Positions 38,295-50,594 of a stretch of 64,000 nucleotides of DNA are shown here, piece by piece. Position 1 is the stretch's first letter; the number at the start of each line of letters is the position of its first letter. Below the pieces are notes generated by a model. That model was not told the origin of the DNA. It worked only from the letters and a program-made list of their open reading frames with translations, and searched no databases. The translations under genes were made by a program, and so were the position numbers. The DNA comes from Octopus vulgaris (Eukaryota), in contig OX597816.1 in NCBI GenBank assembly GCA_951406725.2, forward strand, positions 85,808,001-85,872,000, read 5' to 3'.

Positions 38295-40198
38295 ACTGAC
38301 TCGAAATCGTGTGATTGGAGAGCGAACTTCTTACCGCATAGCTTCTCTTCACCTATACATATATTAATATCTCGCTTAGACATTGCGATACTAGTCTCCT
38401 GGGCACTGCATTTTAGAAGTTCCTTGGAAGCTATAAAAAATTGCACAAGCACTCAGCTCTCGTTGCAAGAACAGTTGTAAGCTAATGAAGTTCGTTGCAT
38501 AATTTACTGTTCTCGTATGATTTATTTAATTTGAAGCACACACACTCACACACACAGGCGCCCCACACTATATTGTATATTTGATTAAGAAGTCTTCTTC
38601 ATTATTATACATTTATAAATTCAAGTCGCAGCTGCAATTGCCTTCTAATGCACAAACTATAATCACACACTACGCACTGAAAGAGTCAACTGAATATGAA
38701 CTAATATTATGTATCATACTATAATTCACATGTGTCCCGTGTATTCGTGGGTACTTTTGTGAAAGCATATATCTAATAGAATTTTCATGTGTGTGTATGA
38801 TAATGTCTTTGTCTCTTTGCCAAATTCTCCATGTCACAATCACAATTCATCAATATGTTTTATTTGTCTACATAAAATCTCTATGCAAACAGTAATTTTG
38901 TTGTGACTATTATAGCTGTCTTACATCACCGTAACTAACCCAGTCGTTTAGAGCGTGCTATTGTCTATTTTCAATTACTTCCGTGTATCATAAAGAATGT
39001 TAGAACAGGTATTATGTTTCTAGCGCAACAAACGATACCGTCAAAGTTATATAAGTATAAATTCTCTTAATGTTACCTAATACTTCCATATGATGTGATT
39101 AAAGGAAGAATCGCCTATATGTATGTGCCCTTTTGTGCAATTTGTATATCTATTCATATATATCTATATCGATATCTATCTATCATTGTGTGTGTGTGTG
39201 TGTGTAGCATTACTGCATCGGTTCTTAATTTTGTGTGACGGTTTTTGCTTCGCAATAACGGCAAAGAATATATTTCACCATTGCTATGTTTGTTACACAA
39301 ACGCCGCTGTAAAGAACGAGAGTGAATGCATACATACAATTACGAGTAATTATTGTAGAAGTTTCCAATCCCAGTCATCGCAATGTTACTTTTATCCAAC
39401 CGCCTGTTCTCAATGGAAAGTAATGAACATTCTTTGTCTTTTATGAATTGCAGGGGATTACAATCTACATAATAAGCTACCATAAACACTCGACATCAAA
39501 CACATATAGACTAGGAAAGATACTTGCAAGAGCGCGTTAATTCATGAATATTATAGTTTCAACATATGTCTGTAATGCTTGTCGGAGACAACATATCAAA
39601 CTGAAAATTTTTATACTCCCCAGCTACTATCTTAGTATTTATAACGTATAAGGTACCGTTATGATGCGTGTGCAATATGATGGTTCTAATGATAAATGTA
39701 TGCATTCATTTGATCATAATCTACATATTAATGTCATTTAAACTTTAATTATTGTCTTGGCTGATATTGATAAGAATTATTATTATATATGGTTTTGTGG
39801 TTAATCCTGCTTTACCATGTACTGAGCAGAGATATTACGTTACATCAAAAGGTCGCTGTTACTCTGCTCATATATGATAGAAAAAAATCCATTAGACAGA
39901 AAATGATTACCGAAACGTCATAAACATCACAACGTACATTATTCGATGATACATAATGAGCAAATCAACGTGGACTCTCGCCATAATACTTCCCTTATGT
40001 TAGAAATAGCAGCTAAATTTTTCTCAAATCATGTATTCCACTCACAGGCAAAGTCAGTACATGTTACATAATATAATCATAGAAGATCATAAGAAGAACG
40101 AATCAACAAGTGTCTGCTTGACCAGCGTTGAAACAAATCAGAAGATAACAACAATTACGGGGTGAGAGCTCTAAGCAGTGATGTGTATAAATGGTATA

Positions 40199-40305
40199 CG
40201 AGGGGTGTATGAAAAGATTTGAGCCTTGAAGTCTTGTACCTTCATCAGAGGTCTTGTATCATATTTTTTTTTTTTTGAGGCTCAAGATTTTTCATACACC
40301 TCTCA
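40199..40305. mobile_element. mariner-type MITE (~107 bp)
   Basis: TIRs TA-CGAGGGGTGTATGAAAAGATTTGAGCCT / AGGCTCAAGATTTTTCATACACCTCTCA-TA. Confidence 0.85.
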
Positions 40306-40716
40306 TACAAGCCTTTCACTGTGTTGTCTCATGGAGAAAATTTCTCGCTGTAAATATACTTAAATCAGCTCGCAGCGCCACTTATTCACACTGTGGTATA
40401 AAAGTATTTAGGAAAAATATCTTCATTGATGAAATTTGAATATCTGCTTTTCTACCTTGAGTTATGTTGACGATTAAATGGTTTAAACTAGGATATGTTG
40501 TTACCGATAAAGTTAGGACCTAGTCGAGGGTGGTAGATAAATCTATAAATCTAGATATGTATATATATTCAGCCATTGGAATTTGAATAGAGGTGTCAAC
40601 AGGAGAATGTCACTGTTTATTACTGGACATTAGCCTGCGATTGGTCGAGAAAGAACACGCAGTGTCACAGTTCCATGTTGGTATTTCAGCGACAACAATT
40701 ACTTATGCATGTGTGC

Positions 40717-40774
<58 letters not shown>

Positions 40775-40775
<1 letters not shown>

Positions 40776-40922
40776 GCTGTGTGGCTGTGTGGTAAGTAGC
40801 TTGCTGACCGACCACATTGTTCCGGATTCGGTCCCCCTACGTGATCTCTCGGGTCTTATATTATAACCTCGGGCCGAACAAAGCCTCGTGGGTGGATTTG
40901 ATAGACGGAAATTGAAAGAAGC

Positions 40923-41012
<90 letters not shown>

Positions 41013-41280
41013 TTGTATATATATGTTATATATATATACACACACACACATATATATATATGCTTATGTGTGATTGTGTGTCTGTGTTTGTCCACCCGCG
41101 ATCGCATGACACATACGTTGGTATGTCTTCGTCTCTGTACCCCAGCGGTTGGCAAAAAGAGACCGATAGAATAAGTACTAGGCTTACAAAGAATAAGACC
41201 TGAGGTTGATTTGCCCGACTAAAGGTCGTGCTCCAGCATGACCTCAGTCAAATTACTGAAACAATTGAAAGAATAAGGTA
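40775..41280 (+). mobile_element. SINE family A, near full length
   Basis: Head gtggctgtgtggtaagtagcttgc, internal microsatellite, 3' block gaccgatagaataagtactaggcttacaaagaataag...gctccagcatg. Confidence 0.85.
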
Positions 41281-41297
41281 AAGAATATACATATAAA

Positions 41298-41378
41298 CTC
41301 GCGCTCTTAACCCCAAGATTCCGAGTTCGATTCCAAGCAGTGACCTGAACAATAGTAATAATAATAATGATGATGATC

Positions 41379-41433
<55 letters not shown>

Positions 41434-41655
41434 TAATAAAAATAATAATGATGATGATGATAACATCGAAAAATACCTTAGGATTGAGAACCCAGGTTCG
41501 AAATTTTCCCAAGACACCTAAAGAAGGCTGGAGGGTATATCAGATGAAACGTTGTGTTAACAACAAAAAAGATGAGGACAAATAACCGTCGAATATAAAT
41601 AACATAAATAATGTAAATAATGTACATAATTCCTCATCTCTTAAATATAGAACCA
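41298..41655 (+). mobile_element. tRNA-headed hammerhead element (copy 2)
   Basis: cgcgctcttaac (inverted head remnant)-cccaagattccgagttcgattcc...gtgacctgaa-(TAA)n-...GACAC-CTAAAGA-A-GGCTG..CAGAT-GAAA-CGTT^GTGTT-...aaatatagaac. Confidence 0.75.
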
Positions 41656-41962
41656 GGTTATGCCTTTCTTTCGCTGGACTCAGATCTCATTTGTGGACCT
41701 ATGTAGAACGAACTTCAACTAACTATTCTGTTTATACATCTGTGCACACCTTCCAATGTGTGCTTAACTGAGGCCTCAAAAGACATTTAAGACACACAAA
41801 GGTAAGAAATTAATTGTAGCTCCTTGTGATCCAAATCAGATATCCAATCTATGTTAGTCTTTATTCAATGCACTGTCTGGTTTTAAAAGCCACATCAGAT
41901 ACCATGATGAGTATACAGTGCACGTACAATATGTGGTCAGACTCTGCATAAGGAGTAGACAA

Positions 41963-42000
<38 letters not shown>

Positions 42001-42158
42001 CTAATGTAGGATAAAATTTTTCTCGGAAAAAAATTTTTATCAATGGCCAGCATATCAAAAAATACCTTTAAATGTTAAATTTATAAATAATTTACAAGAT
42101 AAGGGCAAAAGAAAAATTCTAATTTGGCATTAGAATGTTTCTTTTGCCCTTATCTTGT

Positions 42159-42202
<44 letters not shown>

Positions 42203-42538
42203 TACTGATAGATAGATAGATAGATAAATAGATTGATATATATACACATATGTATGCATATATATATATATATATATATGTTTGTGCGTGTGTGTCGAAA
42301 TATATGTTTTAGCTTTTATTTATTTATTTTTTTGTTGTTTCAGGGATTAGATTGCGACTATGATAGGGCTCGAATTTGAAGTACCTTAGTCGGAATAAAA
42401 GACCCCAGTGTTTATTTCTTTCAAAACCTGGTACTTATTTCCTTAGTTTTCTTTCCCTAGATGCTAAGTTACAAGGAAGGAATGCACAAGAACACTGGTT
42501 GCTAGGCGGTGGTGGGGGACAAACACATACACACACGC

Positions 42539-42572
<34 letters not shown>

Positions 42573-43442
42573 TCATACACACACCTACGTACATATAATA
42601 TTCAGACACATATAAATATCTAAGCATGCGCATATATGTATTAGGTTTGTGGTAGAGTGTATTATATGTTGCTATTTGTGGTTGCTCAGACAAAATATTG
42701 CTATGTATGTAATACACACATTTATTTATTAGAGTATGATTATAAGCTATTTTAATAATTCCAATCTGAGCAGAAGAAAAATGAATAAATTATATATAAA
42801 TAATATAAAACAATAATTAACATCAAACAATTACAAGAATTGGAGGAAAATGAATTAAGAATAATAGTTTATGGAAATCATGTACACGCAATGTCAGCAT
42901 TTTTCTGATTAGAGAACAAATAATATTAGCAATAAAACCTTGATGAACATCAATATATTTTTGTTTTAATATTTGTTGTGATTTTACCAAAATATTCATA
43001 ACGGGGAAATTTTATTAATAACAGATTAATTTTCTATATTTATACGCTTATGAAGGCAATATATATTTTATTAAATTATTTCTTGAGTACAAATGTTTAT
43101 ATTCTGATTTCAATTCCAACTCGAATCGTACTGGAATTTTCACCTTCGAGATTTGTTAAAATAAATAGCAATTAGAATCTTAAGCCTGTAAAATAGATCA
43201 TTTCCATTCTTCAACATATTCATGCGTATCTCTGTTTTCGTGTGTTCAATATATTTTCTTTAATTAACATGTGAACGTTGCCATTTTCCTAGCTTGTTTT
43301 GAATTTGTGTAAAGTTTGAAATTTCCTTACATGCAAAAGGCGAAGGAATTCGATTAAAATATGTGTTAGTCGCTTTGTTTTTAATATATATAACAATATG
43401 CCCTTACACCCAGCATGTTTTCCGGCTTATAATGAAGATAAT

Positions 43443-43761
43443 TTTTTAATTATTTATGCACCATTTCCAAGCCTAGCCAGGATCATGGGCCCAGTTTCCC
43501 GGTCTCTGTGGCGTATGTGTTCCCCCCAGCTGAACGAGACGCCATTCCATCGCAGACTTACTCAAGAAACAGGAAGAGAGAGTGAGAGAAAGTTGGGGCG
43601 AAAGAGTAAAACAGGAGTCATCATCACCCCGCTGCCGGAGTCTCGTGGAGCTTTAGGTGTTTTCGCTCAATAAACACACACAACGCGAGGTCTGGGAACC
43701 GAAACCGCGATCCTCAGACCGCGAGTCCGCTGCTCTAACCACTGGGCCATTGCGCCTCCAC
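43443..43761 (-). mobile_element. Full-length tRNA-derived SINE (family D) with 12-bp TSD
   Basis: Head GGAGGCGCAATGGCCCAGTGGTTAGAGCAGCGGACTCGCGGTC...TTCGGTTCCC; TSD AATGAAGATAAT at 43431-43442 and 43762-43773. Confidence 0.88.
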
Positions 43762-44516
43762 AATGAAGATAATGCTTTCGATTACGTTTTGGTACTTTTG
43801 TTTTCTGTCTCTCTCATAGAAGAGATAGGTATGAACGATGCACTGGTAGAGATGATATGAGCGACTAGTCTACATGCAAATTTCTTGATTTGTACCTGTT
43901 TTAAAATGTTGTATAATGTGTAGAATTTTTCATATATTCATTGAAGTAATTTGGTTTGAAACTAGGATTTGAAATTCCATTATTTATATCAGCTCGAACG
44001 AAAATGATATAATCGTTGATAATTGATATTGTTTTGTTGGATTCGAAACTATATCACTCAGTTGAAAGAGGTGATATTGAATTACGTTCTAAGCTTATAT
44101 TTTTATATTAATTACTCAATTCACAAGCTGAAATGTTTGTAATATGTTTTCAGCATCATTTAATAGTCCAATTTTATGTGTCCGGTTGCGAGTTACGATT
44201 TCCTTTTCCTAATTACGACTTGTTTAAAAGTACACTTTGAACGCAACTAGCAGTGCGCAGCATTCTGTTGTTTGATGAGGAATTTTTATTTTCCATTTTT
44301 CTTTATGTCCATTATATTTTATGTAACTTTCTGTGGGCTGTGTTACACATGCATTATTTCGAATCAAGTATTTTCTTTTGATATGAAGTTTCCATTAATA
44401 AAAAAAAAACATGAAATTATTTATAAAACAAACCATTTTACAATATATATATATATATGTATGTATGTATATAGCCAGCTACTTAGTTTGTTCTATCTCT
44501 CCTGTTTGTTGCACCG

Positions 44517-44589
<73 letters not shown>

Positions 44590-44754
44590 TTGTATTTTAC
44601 TTCTCTTAGCCACCAGGTTCCGGCCATGCTGGGACACTCTTTTAAAGAATTTTCAGTTGAATGAATTAACTCCAGTAATTTTTAAACCTGGTACATATTC
44701 TGTCGGTGGCTGTTTCCGAACCGCTAGGTTACAATGACGTAAACACTCTAAGAC

Positions 44755-44814
<60 letters not shown>

Positions 44815-44972
44815 CACGACAGGCTTCTATCTCTTTCCGTCAACAAAATCTTTATCCAAGGCTTTGGTCGTCTCAGATGTTATAACCGAAGTCACTTGCT
44901 CAAGTGGCCACGCGTTGGGAGTGAATCCGGATCCATATGATAGCGAGGCAACATATTTACCTCACAGCTATT

Positions 44973-44975
<3 letters not shown>
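44590..44975 (-). mobile_element. SINE family A, degenerate
   Basis: cggccatgctgggacac...cctggtacatattctgtcgg...cgaaccgctag...acgacaggcttct...caaggctttggtcg; preceded by (TATC)n. Confidence 0.7.
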
Positions 44976-45050
<75 letters not shown>

Positions 45051-45164
45051 ATAAGCTGTAAGGCTTCGATTTCGAGTTCTCTGCTTTCCGATAATTTGTT
45101 TGGTGTGTTGAAATGTGAATGTTATGGCAGATGAATTTTAAGATTGACCAGTTCCGTTTCATAT

Positions 45165-45375
45165 ATTGGTTTCAAATTTTGGTACTAGACCAGCAATTTC
45201 GGGAAGTGTGTAAGTCGATTAGATCGGCCTCAGTGTTCAACTAGTACTTATTTTATCGACTCCGCAAGGATGAAAGTCTAAGTCGACTTCGGTGGCATTT
45301 GAACCCCTTAACGTGAAGACGATGAAATGCCGCTAAGCATTTTATCCTGCACGGTAAAGCTTTTGCCAGTTTGCA
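45165..45375 (-). mobile_element. SINE family B (further decayed plus-strand copies at ~45820-46030 and ~46050-46270)
   Basis: agtacttattttatcgactccgcaaggatgaaag...gtcgacttcggtggcatttgaac...gccgctaagcattt. Confidence 0.75.
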
Positions 45376-46770
45376 TCGTGAGAATATTTTATATATCATA
45401 CATTATATACCTTCGTTTTCCACAAAGACGTGTATTGTCATGTTTGGAATTATATTTCTTATTTTAATGCTGTTATCTAATGTAAACTGTATACATTTTG
45501 ATGTCTACTGACAAAAAAATTCTAATTATGTAATTGTTCTATGCCTAGACTTTGTTAGAATTTGAGCGTAAATTGAATTTTTTCATTTGAAAAGCGTTCC
45601 ATTCCACGAAGATACCTTTATATTCATATCAGCAATTCATCTGCTATTCTTGTAATTATTAAAATATATCAATTTTTTTTAAAAAACATCTTTTGTTCTC
45701 ATACAAAAATGCACACGCCATTAAAAAAAATGTACTCGTTAGTGCTAAATATATTTCTCTTTTTTGAAAGTCTATGATGTACTTGAAGTATAATCAGACG
45801 AGAATAATTACAATGAGGCAGCGAGCTGGCAATATGGTTAGCTCGTCGGAAATATGCTTCGCGATATTTCTTCCCGTTTTGTGTTTTTAATTTAAAACCC
45901 ATTGCGATCGACTTTGAACTTTATAATTTCTTTGTCGATAAAAAATGTGTACCAATAATGTACTGATATCGATGTAATTGACTGGCCCTATAACGTAAAA
46001 GTCCCAGGCCTTGTTTTTATAATAGAAAACAAAAACTACATCAGTTACTAATGTTGCGACTTGGTAGAACTTTTAAATCCTCAGAAAAATGTTTTACAGT
46101 ATATCTTCCAACTCATTACTTTCTGATTTCACAATCCACGGAAACTTACTTTGTCTTTCTTCCTTGCGGGGAGCGATGAAATAAATATCAGCTGAGTAAT
46201 AGGGTCAATGTTGTCTACTGTCCCTTATCCTAAAACTTCTGCCTTTGTGCAAATGTATGTAGCAGAATAGAAACACATACTTATTTTCCAATAAACTCTT
46301 CAGAGCTGATCAATGAGAAATCAATATCTTTTGGATATATACTAATAGTAGAAGGAACATTAATCTGTTTTCATCAAGAAATATATATTTAAAACGGACT
46401 GGTAAAAAGAAAAGATGACAGCATCAGTCACCTTGTCACTAACTTATACCTCACTGATAACATAAGTTGTTTTGTTCATAATAAAATACAAAATATTTTG
46501 AAACATGTTCGTTGTAAGTATACATTTTTGAATTTTGCAGAAGCGATTAATTTTGATTTTGATATGTGGAAACTTTTGACAATTTGGCATTATATGAAAT
46601 GCTTTATGGAAAACTATATCTTAAACAAATGATATTACAGTATGTCTTGCTAACAATGCTTTGCGTATCGATAGTTACATCATATGCACAAAGGTTTTTT
46701 TAAGATATAAGGATGATAAGTCAAGGAGAAATATAAAATCACACACAAACACACACGCACACACACACAC

Positions 46771-46828
<58 letters not shown>

Positions 46829-46888
46829 AGGAGGGGAGGGTGAAAGTGAGAGAGAGATACATACACCCATGAGGCCTTAATAACCGCG

Positions 46889-47119
46889 AGATACCTCGAT
46901 GTTACTGTTGAAAATAACCTAATCTAGAGTACCCACATAAATAGCTCAGTCGACATAATCCGCAGGGCGTACTCCTGGATCCACAGGGCTTTCTAGTGTG
47001 GAGCTGCACCTACTACTATCCTTCTCTTCTCGACTTTCGCCTCTCCTCACCTTGAATACTGCTGCCCACTATGATCTCTCTCCACGAAACAACATATAAT
47101 CAAATTTGAACGACCCCAG
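46889..47119 (+). mobile_element. CR1/L2-type LINE RT C-terminal fragment
   Basis: RYLDVTVENNLI*STHI...IHRAF*...LLFSTFASPHLEYCCPL*SL...IIKFERPQ (PHLEYC..W motif). Confidence 0.8.
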
Positions 47120-47205
47120 TATCACCACCGCAGACGATGACCAAACTAGTATCATCGACACCAATAGAGTGACCGGCCCCGCACAATATATTGCCACCAG
47201 CCGAA

Positions 47206-47510
47206 TTATTGTTTCCGCACTCGCCCTATTAACCAGATTTAGCATTTTCGGACTGCCGTCTTTTCTCCAAGATGACTGTACAGCTCAAATGTCGACGTTT
47301 TAACACTCTTGTCGAGATCCAGAGTGAATCGCAGAAGGTCCTCAACTCGCTTCCAGAAACGACTTCCAGGTTGGATTCCAAAAGTGTCAAGAACACCGAG
47401 ACCGGTGTATTGCTGCAAAAGGGGATGATGTTAAAACTTTGGAGGTAAATAGGTTATTTTAAATTAAAGATAGCTAGTCCTGGAAACGCTTTGATACCAA
47501 CTCCTTTATG
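47206..47510 (+). mobile_element. mariner transposase C-terminal relic
   Basis: PHSPY*PDLAFSDCRLFSKMTVQLKCRRFNTLVEIQSESQKVLNSL...FQKCQEHRDRCIAAKGD. Confidence 0.8.
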
Positions 47511-50500
47511 TATGTAGAATAAATGTGTAAATGAAGAAAATTCAAACTTATTTTAGGTTCTTTATTCACTTGGTTGTATAATTTTATCTATACCTAACAC
47601 TCTACAACTATATAAATATCAAATCCGAAGCAATTTTGTCAGTTCAGCTCTTTTTATTCTCCTTGATAAAGATGTGCAATGGCAGCTTCTTAATTCACTC
47701 TTAAACACAATCTTGCAGTATTTTAATAGCAGACTCTGATGTAAAATTCAGAACGAATCATTTACCCGCCGTAAGAAACGGTAAACATCGTTAAAAGTTG
47801 TTGTCTTCCTACAGACAAAATCATTGTTCTTCATCGAATCAAGTTTGAAAATCACAATATAGGATTTTAGAAGTTTTCCGATAATTACCAGCTTGTGTGT
47901 TTGATGAGTGATTTTAAGAGTCCACAAATGCAAACTGTTATTTGGTCAGATTTCTTCCATAATAACTCTGCCAGAAACACGCAGCTTTTGAAATAGCTAT
48001 GATCGATAGAATCCAAACTATTTTGTCAACAAGTTTTTGATCGAAGATCAATCTCTTTTCCTTGGAGTTTCTAAAAGTCCGTATATACTTCAGTTGCACA
48101 TGCCTCGTAAATCTTTCCAGAACTTTGTGTTAAAGATATTTTGGAAAACTGGAATGGAACTAGGGAGAGCAACTAATGATTTCCAACTGAACAGTCTTAT
48201 TCTTGTCACACAATTTCGTCTGATGGATAGCTTGTATTCTATTGTAATCTGATTTACTTTATTTCTTATTTTCGTTTTTTCTTCTTTCAATTGTAATGGA
48301 ATCACTACGAATGTGGAAATGTCTATACAATTTTATGTACAACGTTATATGTATGCACACGCACACATACATATACATGCAAATGTACACACGCAAACAC
48401 ACAAACACACACACACACACACACACGTATATATAAACACTCATGTTTGCTTATATAAGTGTGTGTGTTTGTGTATGCCTGTCTATGTATCTGTACGCTT
48501 TTAGTTTTCTGTTGACTTTCGATACTTAACTAAAATTTCTGGTTTTGTTTCTCTGTAGACATCTTTGAATCACTATCATTTAAATTCTGCGATGGCTTTG
48601 CAGTCACGTAATTAGACATGAGGTAGTTGATAACGTGTATTAATCGTGTCGTTCCGATAGCGGATATTTCTGTCGTGTTTCTGTATATGTTTTTGTCTTT
48701 TGTTTTTAGCGAATATTTATTGCATCTATCTACTTTCCCTTACTTGTTGGCATCATTTCAATGTTGGAATAGATATTTATTATAAGATACACGATTTAAA
48801 AATTTATTATATGATATAACATTTAAAATCCAAATGAAAAGCATTTCAGTATATAGAAAATAGGTTATACTGATCTGCCGGATCCCTAGAAAGGATTGTG
48901 AAAATATGAATGATTTAAATAATATGCTATCTGATCAATGTTAACTCTATACCATAGAAATTTTAGAATTGCTTTAAGATTGTTTTCTTGATATATTTCA
49001 CAGTTGCTGATGAGAACTTGAATAATTAGAAACGGAAGAAATGATGACGACATATTGGCGTATGTTTAGATTATTTGCAAGATTAATATATATATATAAT
49101 ATACTATTAGATTACCGTATAATAAATTTCCTCATTTCTGCAAGCTTTAATTTAACATATCTTACTGTCATTTTCCGGTGTCATAGAGTTACATAAAATA
49201 TTGACGACTCATAGCTTCCATAAATATTACAATATTGTGTAGTTTTGTAACTTCTACTGAAGTATAGGCTACGATTACAATTGATTTGTGAAGAATAAAT
49301 CTCAATAACACTTACTGGTAATATTTTAAATTAAATTCTCTGTTAACACAGTAAGATTTCACTCTATAATGAAGCAAAAATGAATTCAAGAGTAGTTAAT
49401 TGAAGTGAAATTACAAGTAATCAAACTTCAGTTAGAAGAGACTACCAGCAATAAAAGATAGACAAGAAGTGCAATTTAAATCAGTGCTGCGTGACATAGT
49501 TTCGTGTAAACTAATGTGAAGAGTAATATATAAAGTGTACCCCCGGAAGAAAGTAGTAAGATGTAGTAGTGTACAGTCTAACTTAATGGAATATCTAGAA
49601 ATGGAGTTCAATGCTGCGTGGAACTGTATATAATCGACTGTGAGATAATTCAAACTCTACTTGACGAAGACAAATTCAATGTACAGCTGCACAGGTTCAC
49701 TTAATAACATTTAGAAACGTTTTAGTTTGCATAAATAACTTAATGCATTGTTATTTAATAGACTGTAATATAAGCTACGAGTATACTCGTTTACTAATCT
49801 CAGCAAGTTATATATTTCCATCAAAGGACACTAACAGTGTTATTTCAAATTATTGTTGTATTTAGTATGCTTTAAATAAACGCAAATTCTTTGACCTCAG
49901 TCCCCCACTTAATTCAATTAATTTTAAATGCAAATATGAGAATAATTATAACACATTTCAATTAAAATTCAGAAAATACGTGTTTTCTTTTCGAAGGACC
50001 GGAAAAAGGTTAATCTGTTTTCCCGACACATTTGAGATGTGGTTGAGTTTCTGGTTTAAGACATAATCCAGCAGATTTTGCATTCCAGTGTATGATTGTG
50101 GTCACAGTGAGCCAACGTACACGTATTTGATAGGTTTGAAAGTTCAAATCCCTTTCTATATTCTATTAAAATGGAGGCAAATTTAAACATTGAAAAAGAA
50201 ATAAAGATATTTTGTATGAATGTTAGGAGACAGCGCGTGTATTTTTTCCGTCTCTCTTTATTTGTTTCTCTTTCTTTCACTTTATTTCTTTTTTTCTCTC
50301 TCTCTCTCTTTCCCTCTCTCTCTCTCCTTTTCTCATCAAATATGCACTAGAATTAAGACGAAAGAATGAGGTGAATGTGGCAGATATTAGAGAAATATTT
50401 ATTTAAAGTAGTGTGAGACGGAATTAAAATCAGTGAAAAAGTCATAACGATGCAGTAGAAATATTCACAAAAGAAGGAATGTTATACTACCTTATTTATT

Positions 50501-50594
50501 CTGATATTTAAATCACACCGAAGATTGTGTGTCCGGGCATCATCACCTCAGAACCGAGTAGAATAGAAGACATGAGGCCCATGAACAGCAAGGC

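Noticed and set aside
47640-48305. Coding-looking stretch with several short ORFs
   Set aside because: The frames I checked contain stops and no recognisable motif.
49000-49045. CTGATGA...GAAAC
   Set aside because: No convincing stems I-III and no cleavage triplet.
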